Part shown: in pieces, positions 34,501 through 42,169 of the stretch
Layout: each line of letters starts with the position of its first letter
Numbering within the stretch: the stretch's first letter is position 1
DNA from: an uncultured Verrucomicrobiae bacterium
Lineage (GTDB): Bacteria; Verrucomicrobiota; Verrucomicrobiia; Opitutales; JABDGR01
Direction: 5' to 3'
DNA: 64,000 nucleotides
Assembly (NCBI GenBank): GCA_963765205.1
Contig: CAVXVB010000009.1
Coordinates: forward strand, 64,001 to 128,000
The notes under the pieces: generated by a model
Seen by the model: only the letters and a program-made list of their open reading frames with translations
What the model was told of the DNA's origin: nothing
Database searches by the model: none
Program-made: the position numbers and the translations under genes

Positions 34501-35924
34501 CATCGCAGTTTATCAACGAAGCCGGCGCCGATTTCACCAAAATGGGTGCCAACTCCAGCTTCGTGCAATGGAACTTCACCAACTACGGCACCGTTGAGGT
34601 GGCCAGCGGCACGCTGGACCTCGCGGGGCCCATCGCCGAAAATTCCGGCGCGAACCTCACCGGCGGCTCGTGGCTGGTGGACGCCGGCGCGACGCTCGAG
34701 TTCCCGTCCGGTTCCAATATCACGACCAATCAAGGCACGGTGATCCTCAACGGGGCCGGTTCCGTCTTTGCGGCGATCAACGACCTGGCGGTCAATGACG
34801 GCTCCTTCCAGTTGCTCAATGGCCGCGCCTTTACCGCGGTCGCTTCGCTGGCCAATGATGGCACGGCGTCGGTCAGTGGCGCCAATTCCACGTTGGACAT
34901 TCCCGGCAATCTCACGGTGGGCCAGGCCGGTGTCGGCAACCTGACCGTCGCCAACGGCGGCGCGGCCATCGTCGGGAACACGCTGATTCTCGGCAGCGGC
35001 GGGAGCGCGAATGGCACGGTGAACCTCGGCGTCAATGGCACAATTCAAGTCGGCGGCGTCAACGGCCTCCAGTCCGGCGCGGGCGCTTATGCCTTTAATT
35101 TCGCGGGCGGCACGCTCCAGGTCGCCGGCAGTGATTTGACCACCGCGGTCAACGCCAATTTCACCACGGCGACCACCTCGACCATTGACACCGGCGCGTT
35201 GAACGCCACCTGGTCCGGCAACCTCGGCGGCGGCGGCGGCCTGGTCAAGTCGGGTGCAGGCTCGCTCACCCTGGCGGGTAACAATTCTTACACCGGAGCC
35301 ACAACGGTCAATCAAGGCGCGCTGGTGGTCAACGGCCAGGTCACCGCCAGCGCCATCACGGTGGCCGCCGGCGCGCTCGGCGGCAACGGCACGGTTCAGG
35401 ACGTGGTGGTCAACGGCGGCATCATCGCCCCCGGCGTGGCCAATACGATCACGGCCGGAGTGGTTTCTGGTTTTGCCAGCCTCACCATCGCGGGCAACCT
35501 CGTATTGACGGGCGCGGGCAACACGCCGCTCGAGTGGCATCTCAACACCGCCGCCACCAATCAAGTCAACGCCGCCGATCTGCTCACCATCCTCGGCGTC
35601 ACCAGCTTCAACGGCACGCCCGGCGCGCCCATTGTCTTCGACTTCCAGAACACCGGCTACTTTGACGGCATTGCCTCGGACCAGACATACCTCCTCATCC
35701 AAGCCTCGAACGACCTCGCCAATCTCGGACTCTCCCTCAGCCAGCTTGCGGCGATCAACGCCGGCCCGAATAATTCCAACACGGCCGGCAGTTATTTCAC
35801 CTTTGCCGACAACGGCGACGCGCTCGAATTCGTCGTCATCCCCGAACCCTCGGCCACCGCCCTGCTCCTCGCCGCCGCCGCGCTCCTCCCCGCCCTCCGC
35901 CGCAAACGCCCAGCGCGGGCCTGA
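25515..35924 (+). CDS. giant (3469 aa) repetitive PEP-CTERM surface protein with an autotransporter-associated beta-strand repeat
   Basis: Signal peptide; 14 copies of a ~185-230-aa unit; GGLVKSGAGSLTLAGNNSYTGATTVNQG; C-terminal IPEPSATALLLAAAALLPALRRKR. Confidence 0.9.
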   Translation: MKIIALARVVFLALPALLALPASGQVTVPSLDLTAGQLSGPGSEQVLGNFTWEPGASITNALVLTLNGTSTVGDVIVNGYENLTATVDNFGNATLVAPLGIGYGLYDNNSGTAVWDNQAGSSFTVVDAASIIGSSSSQFINETGVTFTKTGANTSVVNWDFTNNGTISVQQGTLEFSGLTFNGTGAANTASGATLQFNSVTLGNGTALTGNANVLLMGATMLGGAAQVSNATLQGELTGSGNLTVLGTLTWMPGANITNTSGLTLNGNVTLGGVNSTGYENITAATVDYAGNATLSSTPGIAYGLEDNNSGTAVWDDKAGSSFIVVDAASIIGSSASQFINEAGATFTKTGANTSAVDWDFTNNGTVSVQQGTLEFDGLTYNGSGSASIAANATLELSGLTLSSNLAVTGNAAGATLQFNSVMLDNGTVVTGNATLLLTGATTLGGTAQVPNATLQGTLTAPPQGNLTGTGSLTVLGTLTWMPGGAIASISPLTLNGTVALGGVNTSGYENITATTVDYTGNATLSSTPGIAYGLYDNNSGTAVWDNKAGSSFTVVDAASIIGSSTSQFINEAGATFIKTGANTSSVDWDFTNNGTVSVQQGTLEFNGLTYNGTGSATIAANATLELNALTLTSNLAVTGNAAAGATLQFNSVTLDNGTVVTGNTPLLLTGATTLGGAAQVSNATLQGTLTAPLQGNVTGTGSLKVLGTLTWAPGGAIANISPLTLNGTVALGGVNTIDYENITVATVDYTGNATLSSTPGIAYGLEDNNSGTVVWDNKSGSSFTVVDAASIIGSSASQFINEAGATFTKTGANTSYEEWDFTNNGTVEVAGGTLNFQGSVTQITGTNLTGGTWQVDAGATLDFPSGTNLTNNYGTIILNGAGASIPALNNLAENDGSFQVLNGGSFTTAGNFTNNGTLVLGGGTFNPPGAGAAFLNQTGASLVDTGNNTNVLSWNFTNNGTISVQAGTLELQGITFNGHGSANTSSGATLQFDSVTLAGNPAVSGNGVTLFTGTDTLSAGVQVQSAALQGYLVGSGSLTVLGNFTWAANEAIETTGGVTLHGPTTIGDVVSNAYEYLEAGAGNLATIYNYGNATVFAIPGQQLGLYDSNTGTAVWDNKAGSSFTLSDSASIISSSTSQFINEAGAGFTKTGANTSLVNWGFTNNGTIAVQGGTLEFSGQTYNGNGSANVTAGAMVQFNSVTLASNPAVSGNGVTLFTGTDTLSAGVQVQSAALQGYLTGSGSLTVSGNFTWAAEEAIENTGGVTLHGPTTIGDVVSNAYEYLETGAGNLATIYNYGNATVLAIPGQQLGLYDSNTGTAVWDNKAGSSFTLADSASIISSSASQFINEAGANFTKTGGNTSLVNWGFTNNGTISVQGGTLEFSGQTYNGNGLANVTAGAMVQFNSVTLASNPAVSGNGVTLFTGTDTLGAAAQAQNAALQGYMAGSGSLTVSGNFTWAAEEAIENTGGVTLHGPTTIGDVVSNAYEYLEAGAGNLATIYNYGNATVLAIPGQQLGLYDSNTGTAVWDNKAGSSFTLADSASIISSSASQFINEAGANFTKTGGNTSLVEWNLNNNGTVEVAGGTLNLQSSVTQISGSDLSGGAWQVDAGATLEFPSGANFTTNHGTVILNGIGSVFTPINALVENDGSFQILNGRSFTTVGNFTNNGTLVVGSGNFTPPSVGADFINEAGATFIKTGGNTSLAQWDFINDGSVSVQNGTLDFSGITYNGASSTSVASGATLQFNSVMLSNGTVVTGAGETLLTGTTTLNGSAQLANSSWQGTVTGGGNLTLTLEGTTTLGAVNSSTYEYLYANSGNLATVDNFGAATLLAPLGTEYGLFDNNTGTALWDNKAGSSFTVNDAASLRGNSASQFINEAGATFIKTGANTSLEQWDFTNNGNISAQGGTLEFSSITFSGNGSANAAAGATIQFNNVTVGNGTVVTGNAILLLTSTTTLNGSAQLTNSSWQGGAVTGNLTLTLEGTTTLGTSPGSYYELLYANSGNVATVDNYGPAAVSATLGTQYGLFDDNSGTVVWDNKPGSSFTVNDAASIQGSSASEFINESGATFTKTGANTSVEGWEFTNNGNISIQGGTLDFRDITFNGVGSANTAAGATLQLEGVTLGNGTVVAGNASVLLTSTTTLAGSAQLPNLVWQGTVTGNGSLTVEGTTTLGTNATSAYEHLYANAGNLAAVDNYGNAALLSTPGTGYGLFDENDGTALWDNKSGSSFTVNDASSILGQPASQFINETGANFTKTGANTSVENWDFTNHGNISVQQGTLDFSGITFSDNGSASAALGATLQFNGVALSANTVVTGNGTTLLTSTDTAAVALQLQNATLTGTLNGVGSLNVLGNFAWNGGSLYNTGGVTLNGTTTIGAGSYYEHLDASPGNLATVDNYGNATLQATPGTGYGLWDDNNGTAEWINEAGSSFTVSDSASILGNQTSQFINDSGATFAKTGANTSVENWAFTNNGTISVQQGTLDFSNITYNGNGPANAAANTTLQFDNVMLGNGTVISGNATLLLTGATTLNGTAQVANLSWQGTVSGNLSLTLEGVTTLGSSSGSYYEYLYASSGNLATVDNYGNATLSGTPGTGYGLYDDNTGTAVWNNEAGSSFTVDDSASIQGYHTSQFINAAGADFIKTGANTSIENWAFTNNGTISVRGGTLDFSNITYVGNGPANAAANATLQFDNVTLGNGTVVTGNATILLTSTTTLNGLAQLANVSWQGTVTGNLSFNLEGVTSLGSSSANHYEYLYANSGNSATVNNFGNATLAGTPGINFGLNDNNSGTVVWNNEAGGSFTVNDATSILGNHTSQFINDSGATFTKTGANTSLEDWAFTNNGAISVEQGTLDFTNITYNGNGSVNAAANATVQFSNVAFGNGTVVTGNATLLLSSTLTLNGSLQLPGVSWQGTVTGNGTLTLNGTTTIGTSSSSYEYLYASSGNQAVVDNYGEVALSAVPGIIYGLYDDGSGTAVWFNRAGSSFTTNDAASIIGNATSQFINEAGADFTKMGANSSFVQWNFTNYGTVEVASGTLDLAGPIAENSGANLTGGSWLVDAGATLEFPSGSNITTNQGTVILNGAGSVFAAINDLAVNDGSFQLLNGRAFTAVASLANDGTASVSGANSTLDIPGNLTVGQAGVGNLTVANGGAAIVGNTLILGSGGSANGTVNLGVNGTIQVGGVNGLQSGAGAYAFNFAGGTLQVAGSDLTTAVNANFTTATTSTIDTGALNATWSGNLGGGGGLVKSGAGSLTLAGNNSYTGATTVNQGALVVNGQVTASAITVAAGALGGNGTVQDVVVNGGIIAPGVANTITAGVVSGFASLTIAGNLVLTGAGNTPLEWHLNTAATNQVNAADLLTILGVTSFNGTPGAPIVFDFQNTGYFDGIASDQTYLLIQASNDLANLGLSLSQLAAINAGPNNSNTAGSYFTFADNGDALEFVVIPEPSATALLLAAAALLPALRRKRPARA

Positions 35925-36020
35925 GTCGAAGTATCTCGCCTTCGGGAGAGTTTACTCAATCCATTTTTTGATTTCGCAGTGCAATCGTTTGAATTAGGCC
36001 ATCCTGTTTTGGGAGTGTGT

Positions 36021-36972
36021 TGCTGTGTTGAAAACATAAATGGCCGCGTTTGTCCACTATCTGTGGAGGGCGTAGGCAAGGACACGCAGGGTGGCCTCTT
36101 TGAGTAATTGGGTTTCGGTGCGGCTGTTTAAGGCGCTGCCGAACTTGCGTTTGAGCGCGCTGAAGAAACTTTCCACCTGCCAGCGGCGGCCATAGCCGCG
36201 GGCCCGCAGGTGTTCCGGCGTCATGCGGGAACGCCACTGCCCCCCGAGGGTTCCGTCCGCCCGATGCACCACTGGCCGGATCAGGCTTTCGGTGCCTTGG
36301 GCGTGTGCGCGGACAGGCACCCATTCGGCGTCGTCGCCGGCGTCGGCGTAGAGCCGCGCGGGCGCGGTGGCCGCAAAGGTTTGTTCCAGCAATGGCGCCG
36401 CGTGGCATTTGTCGTTGCGCGGCCCCCAGCCCACCACCAGCCCCACGGGCAGCAGGCTGCCGCACAACACGGCGGCGGAAACTTTCACGAACCGGTGCCG
36501 TGTTCGGCCAGTGCGGCTAAGGTCATGCGCGCTGGCCACCGTCTTTTCCAGCCCGGTGGCGTCCACCGCCGCGCTGACCCGCCGCCCCTGCCGCCGGGCG
36601 GCCGCCTCGGCCGCGCCGCCCAACTGGGCCAGGATGGCCGCCGCAATGGCCTGCACCTGCGCGCGGGCGCTGAACTTTTGCAGCGTGGTGTAATGCGGCA
36701 GTTTGTCCGTGAAGCCCAGCTGCTGGCGCAACACCTCGCTGGTGGCCAGCACCTCCAACACCCCGCGGTAGGTCGTCTTGAGGCAGGCCTTCAGGAGCAG
36801 GCCACTCATCAACTGGCGTTGGGTGAAGTCGTGGCGGCTCTTGGCCGCGCCGTAGGCATCGAGGTGGCGCGCCCCCAGCCGCATCGCGAGTTCCGTAAAT
36901 CGCGCTAGGTTATTCATTCTTACAACTTGTCAGTTTGTCCCTACGGAGTCAGGTTATCTTTTCTACAGAGCA
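36021..36972 (-). mobile_element. IS5-family-like insertion sequence
   Basis: Imperfect terminal inverted repeats tgctgtgttgaaaa / ttttctacagagca (12/14) around a DDE transposase; no target duplication seen. Confidence 0.75.
36057..36917 (-). CDS. IS5-family DDE transposase
   Basis: LPHYTTL, AVDATG, LYADAG.D, YGRRWQVESFFSALKRKFG. Confidence 0.88.
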   Translation of the reverse strand: MNNLARFTELAMRLGARHLDAYGAAKSRHDFTQRQLMSGLLLKACLKTTYRGVLEVLATSEVLRQQLGFTDKLPHYTTLQKFSARAQVQAIAAAILAQLGGAAEAAARRQGRRVSAAVDATGLEKTVASAHDLSRTGRTRHRFVKVSAAVLCGSLLPVGLVVGWGPRNDKCHAAPLLEQTFAATAPARLYADAGDDAEWVPVRAHAQGTESLIRPVVHRADGTLGGQWRSRMTPEHLRARGYGRRWQVESFFSALKRKFGSALNSRTETQLLKEATLRVLAYALHR

Positions 36973-36994
36973 AGACAGAACTTAAAGCACCGCG

Positions 36995-37390
36995 CTACGC
37001 AACGGCGTCAGGAATGTTCATTTCAAACGGCGGGATTTTAACGTGGATGGGCTGGCCGGCGTCATCCACGCCGTGGAACGAACCGCGGGCCAGTGTGTTC
37101 ACCGCCGCCACATGGTAGCTGTTGTAGGAGAATTTTTCGCCGGGCGCGAGGGTGGGCGTCTCGCCGACGATTTTGTCTCCCTCAATGACCTCCGTCTTGC
37201 CATCGGCCTGTTCGAGGATCCATTTGCGGCCCAGCAGCGTGAAACGCCGGTCAGACAGGTTGCGGATCGTCAGGAAATAAATGAAGGCGTGCGGGCGCTC
37301 GGGCGGCAGGTTGGCCGGGTCGCGCTGGTAAATGAGCCGGTCCAGCACGACCTGCGCATTTTTCAGCTCTTCGCTTTTGGCGGAATCCAT
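36995..37390 (-). CDS. apaG: ApaG domain protein
   Basis: FIYFLTI.N, LLGRKWI, EG..IVGE.P.L.PGE.FSYNS, GSF. Confidence 0.85.
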   Translation of the reverse strand: MDSAKSEELKNAQVVLDRLIYQRDPANLPPERPHAFIYFLTIRNLSDRRFTLLGRKWILEQADGKTEVIEGDKIVGETPTLAPGEKFSYNSYHVAAVNTLARGSFHGVDDAGQPIHVKIPPFEMNIPDAVA

Positions 37391-37413
37391 GAAGGGAGTT
37401 GGAAAGAATATTA

Positions 37414-37495
37414 AACCACGGAGCACACGGGGGACACGGAGAGAGATAACGGGGAAAGTGAAAAAATGGAAGATGGAAAACACCCCTCCGTGGTT
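37414..37495. repeat. palindromic element with 9-bp units
   Basis: aaccacggag/cacacgggg/gacacggag ... ctccgtggtt; contains an internal aaaaatg-gaagatg heptamer pair. Confidence 0.8.
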
Positions 37496-37505
37496 AAAAT
37501 TCTTT

Positions 37506-37715
37506 TCATCCCCCCGGCACCAGCCGGACGATTTCCAGCCGGTCGCCCTCCGTCAGCACCGTCGCGCGGGCCTCGGCCGGCGTCAGCGCCGCGCCGTTGC
37601 GCTCGACCACCACACGCTCCGGCTCGAGGCGCAGTTCGGCCAAAAACTCCGGCAGCGGGCAACCCGCGCGCGCGGTCTGCTTCCGGCCATTGGCGATCAG
37701 GGTAATTGAGTTCAA
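37506..37715 (-). CDS. thiS: sulfur carrier protein ThiS
   Basis: 69 aa; VVVERNG, EGDRLEIV, C-terminal GG; next to thiH. Confidence 0.92.
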   Translation of the reverse strand: MNSITLIANGRKQTARAGCPLPEFLAELRLEPERVVVERNGAALTPAEARATVLTEGDRLEIVRLVPGG

Positions 37716-37726
37716 GGCAAAGTGTT

Positions 37727-38995
37727 TTAGTGTTCTCGTGCTTGGTGCTTCGTGCTGGGTTTCCCAAACTGTAGAGGCGTCGCTGGCGACGGCCCCTCTT
37801 CGATAATCGTCGCCGTCATGGTGATGGGCGACGCCGACAAAGTCGGTTGCGACAGCGCCAAATCATGGTCCTTCCATACCGGGTCAAGGCCGCGCTGGCG
37901 CAGCATCGCGGCCACCACTTGCGGCGGGCGCTCGTCGGCGATGTGGAATTGTTCACCCGGCTGCGCGCGCGTGGGCGTCCATTGCGACTCGTCAAAATGG
38001 CTGTAGCCGCCCGGCTCGGTGCTCGAGCCCGCGCTCATATGTGTCACGCCCAGCGTGCACAGCCCGTCGCGCAACGGCGCCGGCTCGCGCGTCGAAAGCA
38101 CGATCCCCGCCGTCGGCAGCAGCAGGCGCAGCGCCGCCATCAGTTGCACCAGTTCGTGGTCGCCCAAAATATTTTCCGGCGCGACCTCGAAGCCGCCCGC
38201 CGCCGGGCGCAGCCGCGGCAGCGCGACCGTCAGGTAGCTGCTCCAGCAATGCTTCAGCAAATGGCGCGCGTGCGCCGCGAGTGCGACGGCCTCGAAGCGC
38301 CAGTCGTGCAGCCCGAACAGCGCGCCGATGCCCAGGCGGCGGAAACCGGCGGCGTGGCCGCGCTCCGCCGTGTCGAGCCGCCAGGCGTAATGCTTTTTCG
38401 GCCCCGCCGTGTGCAGGTCGCGGTAGGTCGGCTCGTGGTAGGTTTCCTGGTAAACGACCAGGCCCTCCGCCCCGGCGGCGACCAGCGGCGCGTAGTCGGT
38501 GGTCTCGAGCGGCCCGAGTTCCAGCGCGATCTGCGGCGTCAACGCCCGGCAGCGGCCGATGCACTCCGCGACGTAGCCGTTCGCGACGTATTTCGGGTGC
38601 TCGCCCGCCACCAGCAGCAGCGAGCGGAACCCGCGCCCCGCCAGCAGCCGCGTCTCGTCCTCGACCTTGGCCGCCGGCAGCGTGATGCGCGGGATGGCGT
38701 TGTGCCGCGAAAAACCGCAATACTTGCACACGTTCACGCACTCGTTCGAAAGATACAGCGGCGCAAACAGCCGGATCGTGTTGCCAAAAAAACGCCGCGT
38801 CAATTTTTGCGACTGCGCGGCCAGCTCCTCCAAATGCGGCGCAGCGGCCGGCGCGAGCAGCGCGCAAAAATCCTCCATCGTCCGCGCCCGCCCATTTTTC
38901 AGGACGGCCAGGGCTTCTTCCGCGCGCGCAGTACGCGACCGCTCGATCCAGCGGTCGAGTGGGAGGGACGGGAGGACTTGGGAAAAATAGGACAT
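37727..38995 (-). CDS. thiH: 2-iminoacetate synthase ThiH (radical SAM)
   Basis: APLYLSNECVNVCKYCGF, VYQETY, SAGSSTEPGGY, EQF.IADER. Confidence 0.95.
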   Translation of the reverse strand: MSYFSQVLPSLPLDRWIERSRTARAEEALAVLKNGRARTMEDFCALLAPAAAPHLEELAAQSQKLTRRFFGNTIRLFAPLYLSNECVNVCKYCGFSRHNAIPRITLPAAKVEDETRLLAGRGFRSLLLVAGEHPKYVANGYVAECIGRCRALTPQIALELGPLETTDYAPLVAAGAEGLVVYQETYHEPTYRDLHTAGPKKHYAWRLDTAERGHAAGFRRLGIGALFGLHDWRFEAVALAAHARHLLKHCWSSYLTVALPRLRPAAGGFEVAPENILGDHELVQLMAALRLLLPTAGIVLSTREPAPLRDGLCTLGVTHMSAGSSTEPGGYSHFDESQWTPTRAQPGEQFHIADERPPQVVAAMLRQRGLDPVWKDHDLALSQPTLSASPITMTATIIEEGPSPATPLQFGKPSTKHQAREH

Positions 38996-39014
38996 CTTTG
39001 ACCCAAGACACTAT

Positions 39015-40336
39015 TCACGAATGGCCGGAAGACGATTCTTTTTGCAGTCCACCCATTTTGGATTCAGCCAGCCACCGCTCAATTTTCTGGTCGTCGAATT
39101 CCTTAATTTGTCGGCGGAGTGTTAGGGCAGCGCGTAGCATTAGACACGAGCACAGGAATTGCATTAGGGCAATGTCCAAACGCACTCTCATGATCAGGAA
39201 TATGACTCCAAGGATCAGAGACATCGCAACAAAAATCCATAACAGCGGCAACGCCGCTCTGTCGCGCTCCAAGTCTAATTTGAAGCTAGAGCATTTTCGA
39301 TTTAGATAGACGCATATTGGGCATGACCAAAGAAGCCTTGGCAATGGGTGGAGGTGAAGGAGGCGAGGGCTGGAACCAAAGCGGTTTGGAGGTCCGTGAG
39401 GGTTCGTGCGGCGGCTTGCCGAAGATGGGCTTTGAGTTTGGCGAAGGCCTGTTCGATGGGGTTGAGATCGGGGCTATACGGCGGCAGATAGCGCACGCGG
39501 GCGCCGCGGGCGGCCAGCACCGCGGCGACGCTGGCCGTTTTGTGGGTGGCGAGGTTGTCGAGGATCACGGTGTCGCCCTCCCGCAATTCCGGGCCGAGCA
39601 CTTGTTGGAGGTAGGCGGTGAACACGTCGGTGTCCACTGCGCCTTCGATCAGAAAAGGCGCAGTCACGGCGTCCACGCGCAACGCGGCGATAAAGGTGGA
39701 AGTGTGCCAGTGCCCGTGGGGCACGCGCCCGAGGCAACGCTGGCTGCGCGGGGCCCGCCCATACAGCCGCGCCATCTTGGTGTTCAAGCCGGTCTCGTCG
39801 ATGAAGACCAACCGTCGGCTGTCCCAGCTGGGCTGATCCTGGCGCCACTGGTGCCGGGCCGCTTTAACGTCGGGTTCGATCTTGCTCGGCGGCGCGCGTC
39901 GTTTTTTTTATAGCTCAAGCCCAGCCGCTCCAGCCGGTGCCACAGCGCGTTGAGGCCCAGCCGCACGCCGAGTTGCTCGCGGCAGCGCGTTTGCAGTTGC
40001 GCCAGCGTCAGGTCGGGCTGCGCCGCGATCCACGCCCGCACCTTGCGCTCATGCTCCGCCAGCCGGGAGCGGCGGCAGCCGCCGATTTGTTTCGGCCGGC
40101 AGTGGCCCCGGCGGCGGTATTGGTTCCAGAAGCGTTCGGCGCTGCTGCGGCTGACCCCAAAACGGCGGCAGACCTCGCCCGTGCCTTCCCCGGCTTCGCA
40201 CGCCCGCACGATGCGCTGGCGCAAATCTTCCGAGAGTGGTTTCATGGTGGTGGCCTCCTTTTCCACCATTATACACCGCTTTCAGCAATACGTCTATTTA
40301 AATCGAAAATGCTCTAAGTCGTGACTTCAGGCTCAT
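39015..40336 (-). pseudogene. small AT-rich membrane protein gene disrupted by IS630
   Basis: Removing 39289-40314 and one TA copy gives an intact frame MSLKSRLSFKLDLERDRAALPLLWIF...SSGHS. Confidence 0.8.
39289..40314 (-). mobile_element. IS630-family insertion sequence with a split transposase
   Basis: 24-bp TIRs gagcattttcgatttaRatagacg; TA duplication at 39287-88 and 40315-16; HTH ORF (39784-40269) and DDE ORF (FIDETG, ILDNL, LPPYSPDLNPIE; 39302-39811). Confidence 0.95.
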
Positions 40337-40467
40337 GCGGTTAATTTAACCCAAACCCGTCGGGACTCAAGCCCCATTCTTTATTTCCATTCAGCGGTCA
40401 AGCGGAAGGGTGGGGGAGGATTTTGGAAAAGACGCCATGGCAGAAATTCAGCATTCAGCAATCAGCA

Positions 40468-41256
40468 TTACCCCAAAAACGCCGTCAGCGGACTGGTGGC
40501 CGAGGCGCGTTGTCCGGCGTCCGGCAACCCCGTTTCATACGCCGCGCGGCCCGCTTCGACCGCCAGCGCAAACGCCTGCGCCGCGCGCACCGGGTCGGGC
40601 GAGATGGCAATGGCGGTGTTGACCAGCACCGCGTCCGCGCCCATTTCCAGCGCCTCGGCGGCGTGGGACGGGCGGCCAATCCCCGCGTCCACCACCACTG
40701 GCACGCGCGCCTGCTCGATGATGATGGCGATTTGCGCGCGCGTTTCGATGCCGCGGTTCGAGCCGATGGGCGCGCCCAGCGGCATCACCGCCGCGCACCC
40801 CGCGTCCTGCAACCGCAGCGCCAGCACCGGGTCGGCGTTGATGTAGGGCAGCACGACAAACCCCTCGCGCACGAGGATTTCCGCCGCGCGCAACGTCTCG
40901 ATGGGGTCGGGGAGCAGGTAATTCGGGTCGGGGTGGATTTCGAGCTTCACCCATTTCGGCAAACCCGCCGCCGCGCCCAGCCGCGCTAGCCGCACGGCCT
41001 CGTCCGCGTTCATCGCCCCCGCCGTGTTCGGCAGCACGAGGTATTTGTCCGGCTCCAGAAAATCCAGAATATCGGCAAACGGGTCATGCTTCCCCGACAA
41101 GTCCGCGCGCTTGAGCGCCACCGTCGCCAGCGCCGGCCGGCCCGCCGCAAGGGTCTCCTTCATCAGCGCCGGCGACGAAAATTTCCCCGTGCCGATGAAC
41201 AGCCGGGACGCAAACGTGCGCCCGCCGAGGAGGAGGGGTTGGTTATGGAGGGGCAT
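40468..41256 (-). CDS. thiG: thiazole synthase ThiG
   Basis: [49 protein letters not shown]. Confidence 0.97.
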   Translation of the reverse strand: MPLHNQPLLLGGRTFASRLFIGTGKFSSPALMKETLAAGRPALATVALKRADLSGKHDPFADILDFLEPDKYLVLPNTAGAMNADEAVRLARLGAAAGLPKWVKLEIHPDPNYLLPDPIETLRAAEILVREGFVVLPYINADPVLALRLQDAGCAAVMPLGAPIGSNRGIETRAQIAIIIEQARVPVVVDAGIGRPSHAAEALEMGADAVLVNTAIAISPDPVRAAQAFALAVEAGRAAYETGLPDAGQRASATSPLTAFLG

Positions 41257-41341
41257 CGGAAGGCGAAGAATAAAGGATGAACGATGAGGGATGAAGGATG
41301 AAATGAAGAAGAGTGAAGTGCAAACCTCGTGTGATGCTCCG

Positions 41342-41366
41342 GTAGGGACGCCTCTCCGAGGCGTCC
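41342..41366 (+). repeat. GTAG-type REP-like palindrome
   Basis: GTAG followed by GGACGCCTC-TCC-GAGGCGTCC hairpin. Confidence 0.6.
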
Positions 41367-41389
41367 GCTTGTTCTCTTAAATCTAAGTG

Positions 41390-42169
41390 CTAAAGACGGG
41401 TTTTAATCTTTTGCCAGATACCATCCACTGCTTTTCGTTCATAAAACGGTTTTTGGTTTGTGAAATAACCCGACAGTCCAGAGCCATCGTAATACACCAT
41501 ATCAACAAATTTTTGTTTTTTTGGCACGCTTTCAATAACTATGCCACTTTCCCCTGAAACACGATCAAAAGCAGATTGATCCTCCAAGCCAATGCAAAGC
41601 AATAATCCTCCCTCTTTATTTCTTTCAGGGTTAATGTAGAATGCAATCCAGGCGGCTTTAACCGTTTTTATGCCGGTGTAAAGGCGAGACAGTGCCGCAA
41701 CCAATTCATGAGGATAATCTTTGGGCTGGCCAATCATCACTCTCATCTCCTTTTGCGCGACGTATCGTTCTCGCGGCGTGAAAATTGATCCGTCAAGTAA
41801 CCGTGTAATTTCATCTGGGAAAAACTCCTTTCCGTAACTCGCGCCCGGATTCATCAAAAGGTAAGACCCCTTGGTCATCTCGAAAAAAGCCCTGGCATCC
41901 AGCAGGAGGAAGTTAACTCCGGGCTGGATGCGTGCTTCGGATGTGAAAAAGGGTACGCACTTATGTCCATTGAATTCTATATTGACCAAACTAATTTGAG
42001 TGCCAGTTTGAATTATGCCATCTACAATTGCCGGAGGCGTCCCTGCGGGTATGATGCAAACCTTTGAATCGAGCAGTTCACGTAGAAACAGTGGTCGCGC
42101 TGCCGGATCATTCGCTGCATTGAGTAGCGCATGCTCAAGTAAATTGGTCGGTTTGAATTCCACATTCAT
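41390..42169 (-). CDS. SseB-family protein (enhanced serine sensitivity)
   Basis: N.LE.AL..A..DP..R..F...LL, VPFFTS, NPG..YGKEF...EI, IGQP..YP..LV.AL; AT-rich. Confidence 0.8.
   Translation of the reverse strand: MNVEFKPTNLLEHALLNAANDPAARPLFLRELLDSKVCIIPAGTPPAIVDGIIQTGTQISLVNIEFNGHKCVPFFTSEARIQPGVNFLLLDARAFFEMTKGSYLLMNPGASYGKEFFPDEITRLLDGSIFTPRERYVAQKEMRVMIGQPKDYPHELVAALSRLYTGIKTVKAAWIAFYINPERNKEGGLLLCIGLEDQSAFDRVSGESGIVIESVPKKQKFVDMVYYDGSGLSGYFTNQKPFYERKAVDGIWQKIKTRL

Noticed and set aside
33792..35702. 636-aa minus-strand ORF and the other long ORFs antisense to the giant gene
   Set aside because: Shadow frames caused by biased codon usage of the plus-strand gene; no recognisable motifs.
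41257..41390. TPP riboswitch upstream of thiG
   Set aside because: No CTGAGA-type core seen; the region consists of heptamer repeats and a REP-like hairpin.
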